From NCBI GenBank assembly GCA_045652765.1, contig JAZOLG010000041.1:7310-71309 (forward strand): 64,000 nucleotides of DNA, given 5' to 3'. Positions 49,494 through 56,638 of the stretch are shown here, one piece after another (within the stretch, counting starts at the first letter, position 1; each line of letters opens with the position of its first letter). Source of the stretch: Bacilli bacterium. Its GTDB lineage: Bacteria > Bacillota_I > Bacilli_A > ML615J-28 > CAG-313. The notes beneath the pieces were generated by a model. That model saw only the letters and a program-made list of their open reading frames with translations, did no database searches and was not told the origin of the DNA. A program made the position numbers and the translations under genes.

Positions 49494-49553
49494 AAAAAGA
49501 GCTATTTACATAGATTTATAACTGGTTATAACTATGTATAAATAGCTCTTTTT
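49494..49553. repeat. 60-nt imperfect palindrome
   Basis: AAAAAGAGCTATTTA/TAAATAGCTCTTTTT + CATAG/CTATG + TTATAAC/GTTATAA. Confidence 0.8.
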
Positions 49554-49961
49554 ATTTGACAATTAAATTTCAAGCAAAATGGAAGTTTCTATATAAATGA
49601 TTAATTTATCAACCTAATAATAAAAGTGTCGAAATGATCATAAAAAGGGCTTATGTGAAAACTTAAATGGATAAATGTAAAAATTATTATAATTCGATTG
49701 ATTATAGAAGGGTTCTAAAAAGTTAAAAATCAGCAAGTATAAACTGTGTTTAAATAAAAGATGAAGCTTTATATAGGAATTCAAATATATAAATATTAGG
49801 CTGAAAAAAATCCAATTGATTATAGGAAGGTTTTATTATTATAAATATAAAAATATATTGGTAAAAAAAGAATAATCCACACTTTATAAACAAGTTATAA
49901 ACAATAATACACATATTATTGAATTAAACGATTTATCGGCTTATTGCCTAGATATTTAAGA

Positions 49962-49989
49962 AGTTAACATAATATATATTATAGGAAGT
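49962..49989 (-). other. dif: dif chromosome dimer resolution site
   Basis: Minus strand ACTTCCTATAA-TATATA-TTATGTTAACT; 2 mismatches to B. subtilis dif as recalled (ACTTCCTAGAATATATATTATGTAAACT); located at the gene-strand switch. Confidence 0.93.
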
Positions 49990-50230
49990 TATTTAAATAT
50001 TCTTTTATATAAGAAAAACACTTCTTTACTACATAAAATGATAGTTATTAATACGATTATTTGTCGAATTCTTGTATTATACATAAAATAAACTAACTCA
50101 TATTTTTAACATGAATATGTTTAAAATTTATAAAAGCATATCTTCTTGTCCCTTCTTATCAACATAATATATTAGGCGTCAAAAAAGCCCCAAAATCAAT
50201 TTAACCACTTGTTTTGAATAAATACTAGTC

Positions 50231-50308
50231 AAAAATAAAAAGCCCAAAATGGGCTTATTTTAGGCTTAAAAAGCAAAATAAAAACCCATATTATATATGG
50301 GCTTATTT
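50231..50308 (-). terminator. Tandem terminator-like hairpins
   Basis: AAGCCC-AAAAT-GGGCTT and CCCATA-TTATA-TATGGG, each flanked by A/T runs, at the end of the minus-strand operon. Confidence 0.65.
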
Positions 50309-51115
50309 ATTGAAATCTATTTGATCTGTTATTGTAATATTTAGCTTTTCCGCAAATTTATATGCTTCTATAGTAAACTGATCATTAAAATCATCAACAC
50401 TATGTGAATCATCATTGATTACAACAGTTAATAAATTGTTTTTTTGATACTCGCTTACAAGCTTCCAAAATTCTAAATGTGGATATTTATAAAACTCATC
50501 TTCGAGTAAATGACCTGTTTTACGATAACAATCTCTAATTCCATTAGCATTTATTTCTAATACAATATTATGGTCAATTGCTGCTTCAATTATTTGTCTA
50601 GACACTTCTTGACATACATCATCAAATACTGGATATGTATACATAAAAATTTCAGGATGTGCAAGAATTTTAAATAAACCAGTTTTGATTGCTTCGACAA
50701 TTGTATTACCGTAGATTTTGATAGTCTCATGATTTTGTTTAAAATAAATACTTTTAAATTCACCATTTACTTCAATTTGATGTTGTCCAAGAACTAAATA
50801 GTCAACTGAATTCCGCATTTCTAGAAGTCGAGTTAAATAACTGTTCGAATATTCTATTTCGAACGCTCCTAGAAGGGTTATTTGATCAGAATATTTATTC
50901 TTTAAATATTTAATTTCTTTTAAATAATCAATTGATTCACTCATCGACATTCTTCTAGAATGCCATTTTTCCGTTAATTCGTCTGATATAGGTCCATGAT
51001 CACTAATACCTAATACTTTATAACCATTTTCAATTGCTTTTAAAATATATTCTTCAATTTTGCCAGTTGCATGTTTACATAGATAAATGTGAGTATGATA
51101 ATTAGATATACGCAT
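50303..51115 (-). CDS. PHP-domain histidinol-phosphatase (HisJ-like) family
   Basis: NYHTHIYLCKHA, ISDHGP, LAHPE, EINANG, NDDSH; SD GGAG supports ATG 51115. Confidence 0.88.
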   Translation of the reverse strand: MRISNYHTHIYLCKHATGKIEEYILKAIENGYKVLGISDHGPISDELTEKWHSRRMSMSESIDYLKEIKYLKNKYSDQITLLGAFEIEYSNSYLTRLLEMRNSVDYLVLGQHQIEVNGEFKSIYFKQNHETIKIYGNTIVEAIKTGLFKILAHPEIFMYTYPVFDDVCQEVSRQIIEAAIDHNIVLEINANGIRDCYRKTGHLLEDEFYKYPHLEFWKLVSEYQKNNLLTVVINDDSHSVDDFNDQFTIEAYKFAEKLNITITDQIDFNK

Positions 51116-51116
51116 A

Positions 51117-52157
51117 TTAGTCTCCAAAGTATCTTGAAATAGGTGTCTTACTATCTGGATTCTTACGCCATTTAGCACTTCTTCCTGTTCCTAAAGGCAT
51201 AATTACACCATCATCTCTTAATTTATTTAAAATACGATTGATTGTAGCATCACTAACGTTGGGATTAGCTCTTCTTATATCATCTTTGCTAAAAAATTCA
51301 GGTAATTTATAGATGGTTGTTTCGACATTATCACTTTTTAACCCTTTATTTTGGTATTCCCAATGATGATTAAATTCTGAAAGCTCGTTATAAGTTTCAA
51401 TAATAATATCAAAAACTAAACGACTTAAATTACTAGAAGAAATAAAACCTTCTGTATAGTTGATAGAAGCATTTTTAGTTTCTTCTTGAAATTTATCGTA
51501 GTACTTATGAATCAACTTAAAAAAACTTAAATAATTAAAAATTTTAAGATTATTTTGAAGTAATAAATAGTATAAACCTAGAATTGATGCTAATCCATTC
51601 ATTCCATTATAAGGTTCTAAATTTACTATATCTAAATATAAAGTAATAGAAAGTATAATAGGTTCATATTTTTTTAAAGAAATATAATCATCATATTCAT
51701 CAAAACACTCGTTTATAAGCATTCGAATAGTCTTACGTATTGGTTTTTTATTTTCAAACGCTGTGAGAGACTTTGTAGTATAACCAAATTTGTTTTTTCC
51801 AAATATTTGATTAACATAACCGATAAGTTCTGCAGCATTTAAACGATATTTTGAAGCCTCAGATCTTATAATTTTAAGAGTTCTTTTAATATTTAATAAT
51901 AGTTCTTCTTGTTGATTTCTAGGTGCTGAATCTTTGAATAAAATTAATTGTTTTCTTTGATCTTTTACATCAATATTCAATAAATCAGCAAGATAATAAG
52001 TGTCCTCATTTAATGAGTCATTACTTAGTTTATCTAAAATATCATCAATTTGTTCTAAATAAATATCAGTTTTACCAACATTTTTGTATGCTTCAAGCAT
52101 TGAAAGTAACAAATCTGATGGTAGAATATAATGTTTAAGATTATTAAAGTTACTCAT
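51117..52157 (-). CDS. Fic-like protein with degenerate active site and C-terminal winged HTH
   Basis: EPYNGMNGLASI where HPFxDGNGRxxR is expected; C-terminal FSKDDIRRANPNVSDATINRILNKL...GTGRSAKW. Confidence 0.7.
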   Translation of the reverse strand: MSNFNNLKHYILPSDLLLSMLEAYKNVGKTDIYLEQIDDILDKLSNDSLNEDTYYLADLLNIDVKDQRKQLILFKDSAPRNQQEELLLNIKRTLKIIRSEASKYRLNAAELIGYVNQIFGKNKFGYTTKSLTAFENKKPIRKTIRMLINECFDEYDDYISLKKYEPIILSITLYLDIVNLEPYNGMNGLASILGLYYLLLQNNLKIFNYLSFFKLIHKYYDKFQEETKNASINYTEGFISSSNLSRLVFDIIIETYNELSEFNHHWEYQNKGLKSDNVETTIYKLPEFFSKDDIRRANPNVSDATINRILNKLRDDGVIMPLGTGRSAKWRKNPDSKTPISRYFGD

Positions 52158-52771
52158 TAAATGATACCCCTTTCTTTTTTAGAATATTCACATCCACAAT
52201 AGTTTTGTCGATACATTTCGTATTGTTTAGAAAGTTCTATTGAACGTTTATAACCATCTTTTAGTTTGAAATTTGAGTATATAAAAGGTATGCCAACTTC
52301 TTTTGCAAGTTCAAATCCAATTTCATTAATCCAATTACTGTTTTTATGGGGACTAATACTAAGTGTTGTTGTCCAGAAATCATAACCTAATTCTTTAGCT
52401 TTTAGTGCTGTTTTACGCATTCTAAATTTATAACAATTATAGCAGCGTATACTTTTTTCTCCTAACTCTTCAAGTCCGCTAATAGCGTTTGAAAAGTCAG
52501 ATTTAAGGTAATTACCAATTAATACGCTAGAATTAGGGGTTAAAATAGAACTAATTCTTATTTGTTCAGTTGTTCTTTTGTTGAATTCTTCTTCTGTATC
52601 AATATTTGGATTGTAGTAAAAGATATCAATATCTAACCCCTTTTTCATTAACTCAATACATGCTGAACTACATGGTCCACAACAACTATGTAGTAATACT
52701 TTATATTTTTTATTTTCTTCGATAAGTGATAATAAATCATTATAAGATTCGATATTTTGCATTATTTTCAC
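52157..52771 (-). CDS. queH: Epoxyqueuosine reductase QueH (DUF208)
   Basis: LLHSCCGPCS, YYNPNI, CYNCY, TTTLSISPHK, YRQNYCGC. Confidence 0.92.
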   Translation of the reverse strand: MKIMQNIESYNDLLSLIEENKKYKVLLHSCCGPCSSACIELMKKGLDIDIFYYNPNIDTEEEFNKRTTEQIRISSILTPNSSVLIGNYLKSDFSNAISGLEELGEKSIRCYNCYKFRMRKTALKAKELGYDFWTTTLSISPHKNSNWINEIGFELAKEVGIPFIYSNFKLKDGYKRSIELSKQYEMYRQNYCGCEYSKKERGII

Positions 52772-53648
52772 CTTTAAAAAACAATGGTATTACAGTTAAG
52801 GCAACAAAAGCCATTATAAAATATCTCAACATATCAAAGATGTTATGCATTGGGAATATTAATTTTAATCCACTTTTTAAACCAATAGTAAAGATTATAC
52901 CAAGTATGACACGTATAAGTTTATTTTTAAATGATACATTGGTAGTAAATTTAATATAGTTACTTTCAATAATATTTGAACTAAAAACTGCTAATGCTAA
53001 ACCAAAACTTTTAAATAAATCAACACAATTAGCATTGTTAATATTTATAATTAAGAAAGGTAATGTTACTACTACAACAATAATATAAATTAGATATAAA
53101 AATTTTGGATTTTTAATGTTATCATAAAAATAATTTAAACTATATGCAATGCCGATACCTAGTAATAAACCAATGAAAACATCTCCAAAAAAATGAACGC
53201 CAAGATATAGTCTTGAAATAGGTACGAGAATCAACAAAATAATAGAAATTATCTTAACTAGTTTAGGAATTTTATTAAATATTAAACTAGAATATAATGC
53301 TCCCGCATTTTGACTATGGCCAGATGGGAAACTTGTACCTGTTGCACCATCAGATGATGGAATTTTTCTTAGATATTCTTTGCCCGCAAATTGAAATGGA
53401 CGTTTAGCTAAAAATAAAGATTTAAATATACCATTAAATATAAATGATGTTGACAAAATAAAGGCTAATTTTTTTGCAAAGTCTTTATTAATACAATAAT
53501 AATATAATAGTATTATTGCAAAAACAATTTCTCCAGATCCAAATTCAGTAATAAATTGAAAAATAGGATTCAAAACATTACTTGAAAAACTATGAAAAAA
53601 ATCCAGTATTTTCCATTCAAAAGAGTTACGATATTGAAAATAATTCAT
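52740..53648 (-). CDS. PAP2 family membrane phosphatase
   Basis: KSLFLAKRP, SFPSGH, SRLYLGVHF. Confidence 0.9.
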   Translation of the reverse strand: MNYFQYRNSFEWKILDFFHSFSSNVLNPIFQFITEFGSGEIVFAIILLYYYCINKDFAKKLAFILSTSFIFNGIFKSLFLAKRPFQFAGKEYLRKIPSSDGATGTSFPSGHSQNAGALYSSLIFNKIPKLVKIISIILLILVPISRLYLGVHFFGDVFIGLLLGIGIAYSLNYFYDNIKNPKFLYLIYIIVVVVTLPFLIININNANCVDLFKSFGLALAVFSSNIIESNYIKFTTNVSFKNKLIRVILGIIFTIGLKSGLKLIFPMHNIFDMLRYFIMAFVALTVIPLFFKGENNAKYRIL

Positions 53649-54398
53649 CTAGCCACGCTTTCTTAAGTTCTTTTCTTGTTTTGCTTTACCATATAAGGTT
53701 TTGATTTCGTGAATTGTAAGAGTACGAACATAACCTACTGGTAAATTTTCCAATGTAACAGTTCCAAAGCGTGTTCTAGTAAGTTTTTTTACTTTATGAT
53801 TTATCGCTTCAAACATATTTTTAACTTGATGGTTTTTGCCTTCGGTAATAACAATTCTTACTAAACTTGAATTATGTGTGCGATCAACAGATTTTAATGT
53901 AACAAAAGCTGGCAAATAACTAATACCTTTATACTTAAGACCTTTCTTTAGTGGTACTAAATCTTGTTCGTTTACAATTCCATCAACTCTTGCAAGGTAT
54001 TCTTTTTCTACTCCACTAGTAGGACCAACCATTTGATACATAAAATCGCCATCATTAGTTAATAGTAAGACACCTTTAGTATCATAGTCTAAACGACCAA
54101 TGGGGAAAACATTGTATTGTTTTATTTCGTTAGGAAGAATATCGATAACAGTTTTGCGCTTTTTATCATCCTCTACCGAACAAATATATCCACTTGGTTT
54201 ATTTAAAACAAAGTAAACTTTTTCATTAGTTGTTATAACTTGATTGTCAACTTTAATTAAATCAGAATCTTTAACTAAATAACCCATTTCTGTAATAATT
54301 TGATTGTTGACACTTACTCTACCTTCTTTAATTAATTCCTCTGCTTTTCTTCTAGATGCAACACCACTAGCTGCAATTCTTTTTTGTAATCTTTCCAT
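53649..54398 (-). CDS. rluB: 23S rRNA pseudouridine synthase RluB (RsuA family)
   Basis: MERLQKRIA.SG.ASRRKAE S4 domain, GRLDYDT, EGKNHQVK. Confidence 0.92.
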   Translation of the reverse strand: MERLQKRIAASGVASRRKAEELIKEGRVSVNNQIITEMGYLVKDSDLIKVDNQVITTNEKVYFVLNKPSGYICSVEDDKKRKTVIDILPNEIKQYNVFPIGRLDYDTKGVLLLTNDGDFMYQMVGPTSGVEKEYLARVDGIVNEQDLVPLKKGLKYKGISYLPAFVTLKSVDRTHNSSLVRIVITEGKNHQVKNMFEAINHKVKKLTRTRFGTVTLENLPVGYVRTLTIHEIKTLYGKAKQEKNLRKRG

Positions 54399-54469
54399 AA
54401 TAATTTTTCTCCATCGTCTTATTATACTAAAAAAAACGAAAAAAGTAAACTAAAAACCATATTATAAAT

Positions 54470-54500
54470 AAAAATACAATGTGTAACACATTGTATTTTT
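54470..54500 (-). terminator. Intrinsic terminator
   Basis: Perfect 14-bp stem AAAAATACAATGTG-TAA-CACATTGTATTTTT. Confidence 0.8.
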
Positions 54501-54574
54501 GACTTATAAGTCGTTTTATAGAGGTTGAAATTAAAAATTGTGAGTAATTGTTCATTCAAATGCTAAAAAAAGAC

Positions 54575-54832
54575 TTATAAAATTTTTTTGAGTATATAAT
54601 TATCAGTAACATAATTAATGTTTTGTAAATTAAACTTATTCATATTATCAATTCTACTTTTTAAGAATGGAACATTTTCTATATTGCTAGAGAAATCTGT
54701 TTTTAAAAAATCAAATGTTGATTGATTATTTTCGACTTTCTTATACGTTAATATATTAGTTTTTAAATCTAATCTAATTTTACCAATTAATTGGTTGTTA
54801 TAATATAATTCATAATCATGGTATAAATTCAT
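54575..54832 (-). CDS. Small hypothetical protein (weak HipA N-terminal-like)
   Basis: SD AGGAG, own promoter and terminator; ELYYNNQLIGKI...TY...FLKSRI. Confidence 0.7.
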   Translation of the reverse strand: MNLYHDYELYYNNQLIGKIRLDLKTNILTYKKVENNQSTFDFLKTDFSSNIENVPFLKSRIDNMNKFNLQNINYVTDNYILKKIL

Positions 54833-54855
54833 ACTTTACTCCTATTTACTATCAA

Positions 54856-54884
54856 ATTATAACAAATAGAAAATCATTTGTAAA
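54856..54884 (-). promoter_or_regulatory. SigA promoter
   Basis: Minus strand TTTACA-17-TGnTATAAT. Confidence 0.75.
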
Positions 54885-54889
54885 ATTAT

Positions 54890-55705
54890 TTAACCAAATT
54901 TGTTGGCAAGATAACTATGAGATTTCCAATCATTGGAATCGTTAAATGTAACAATAATTAAATCTTTATTTTTTCCTTTATAAATACTTACTAATGTTCT
55001 TCCTGCTTTTTTGGTATAACCGGTTTTTCCACCGATAAAATTAGAATCACTTAAGATTAATTTATGTTTATGTCGGATGGTTAGAGTTTTATTGTCTAAT
55101 CTAATTTGATAACTTTTAGTGCCCAATAGCTCTTTTAAAAAAGGATACTTAATAGCTTCTTTAGTTATAAGTGCAAAATCATAGGTTGTTGTATAATTGA
55201 ATTCATCTTCATCCAAACCACTACTATTGTTAAATAAACTATTTTTAAGATTTAATTTAGTAACTTCTTCGTTCATTTTTAAAATAAAATCTTGTGGATT
55301 ATCGGAGTAAGCATATTGTAATGCTAAAGCCGCATCGTTTCCACTTTGTAAAATAAGTCCATATAATAATTCTTTAACAGTAATTACATCACCAATTTCT
55401 AAATACATTCTTGATCCTACTGCTTTATTAATTCTATCATCAATTAAAATAGTTTTATTTAAATCAATATTTTTATAGACTGTTAAAGCTGTTAATACTT
55501 TTGTAAGACTTGCAGGCAACATTTTTTGGTGAATATTTTCTTCATATAAAATTTGGTCATTATTAATATCGTAGACAATAGTTGATTTATTGTTAGTGTT
55601 AGACAATACTAATAACGTATCACCTTTGGTTTTATAAAATAATATTAAAGTTAATAAGATAACATATAAAATAATCCATATAAGAATAATTATTTTTTTT
55701 CTCAT
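54890..55705 (-). CDS. dacB: D-alanyl-D-alanine carboxypeptidase (S11, DacB-like)
   Basis: N-terminal hydrophobic anchor; SxxK (PASLTK), SxN (SGNDAA), KTG (GGKTGYT); upstream of rluB as in dacB-spmA-spmB-rluB. Confidence 0.85.
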   Translation of the reverse strand: MRKKIIILIWIILYVILLTLILFYKTKGDTLLVLSNTNNKSTIVYDINNDQILYEENIHQKMLPASLTKVLTALTVYKNIDLNKTILIDDRINKAVGSRMYLEIGDVITVKELLYGLILQSGNDAALALQYAYSDNPQDFILKMNEEVTKLNLKNSLFNNSSGLDEDEFNYTTTYDFALITKEAIKYPFLKELLGTKSYQIRLDNKTLTIRHKHKLILSDSNFIGGKTGYTKKAGRTLVSIYKGKNKDLIIVTFNDSNDWKSHSYLANKFG

Positions 55706-55739
55706 ATAATCACCAATAAATTATATTTCTGAAAAGTAA

Positions 55740-55766
55740 AAAAGATACTACAATGTAGTATCTTTT
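55740..55766 (-). terminator. Intrinsic terminator after miaA
   Basis: AAAAGATACTAC-AAT-GTAGTATCTTTT. Confidence 0.8.
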
Positions 55767-56638
55767 GTTAAAAATTCGTTTATTTTATTAATTGTCTCTT
55801 TAATTGTTACTTCGTAATTTGATAAATTTACATTAATCATTAACGTATTAGAATGATTTCTATACCATGTTAGTTGTCGCTTGGCATAGTGTCTTGATGC
55901 TTTTTGAATGTTATCGATCATTTCATCTTTAGTAATTAGACCATCTAAATAATTACAAACATCTTTAAATCCTATAGCTTTTGAAGCTTGGAAACCAATT
56001 TTATTACGATCATTATCTACTTCTTCGATTAATCCATTTTTAATCATTTCAATAACTCTTTGGTTAATTCGATTATATAAAATATCTCTGTCTAGTGAAA
56101 GACAAATAATTAATGGTTCATATACAAGATTATGATTTTGACTTCTTTCTTCAATATTTTGGGTTTTAGCAAGTTCGATTGCTCGTATAACTCTTTTGCG
56201 ATTATTAGGATGAATTTTAGAGGCATTTTCGCTATCTAAGCTAGATAGAATCTTATGAAGCTCTTCATTAGTTAATCCTTCATCATTAAATTTATAATCA
56301 TTATTATCACTAAAACGATAATCATAGATAACACTATCGATATATAATCCACTTCCACCAACAATAATTGGTATATCAACTTTATCAATTAAATCTCTTA
56401 CAAGTTTTTGATATTCATAAATAGAAAAACTTTTCTGTGGATCTAGTTCATCCATTAAAAAATGTTGAACATCTTCCATTTCATTAAGTGTAGGCTTTGC
56501 AGTTAAAATATCTAAGTGTTGATAGATTTGATAAGCATCTCCATTTATTAAAGGCATTTTGAAATATTTTGCTACTTCAATAGAAAGTTTAGTTTTGCCT
56601 ACTGCTGTTGGACCAGTAATGATTATTACTTTTTTCAT
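55748..56638 (-). CDS. miaA: tRNA dimethylallyltransferase
   Basis: GPTAVGKT, LTAKP, VGGSGLY, YAKRQLTW. Confidence 0.95.
   Translation of the reverse strand: MKKVIIITGPTAVGKTKLSIEVAKYFKMPLINGDAYQIYQHLDILTAKPTLNEMEDVQHFLMDELDPQKSFSIYEYQKLVRDLIDKVDIPIIVGGSGLYIDSVIYDYRFSDNNDYKFNDEGLTNEELHKILSSLDSENASKIHPNNRKRVIRAIELAKTQNIEERSQNHNLVYEPLIICLSLDRDILYNRINQRVIEMIKNGLIEEVDNDRNKIGFQASKAIGFKDVCNYLDGLITKDEMIDNIQKASRHYAKRQLTWYRNHSNTLMINVNLSNYEVTIKETINKINEFLTKDTTL

Noticed and set aside
49379-50302. Possible CRISPR array, oriC or hidden gene in the long intergenic gap
   Set aside because: No regularly spaced repeats, no DnaA-box cluster seen, no ORF of 60 aa or more; convergent genes and dif indicate the terminus
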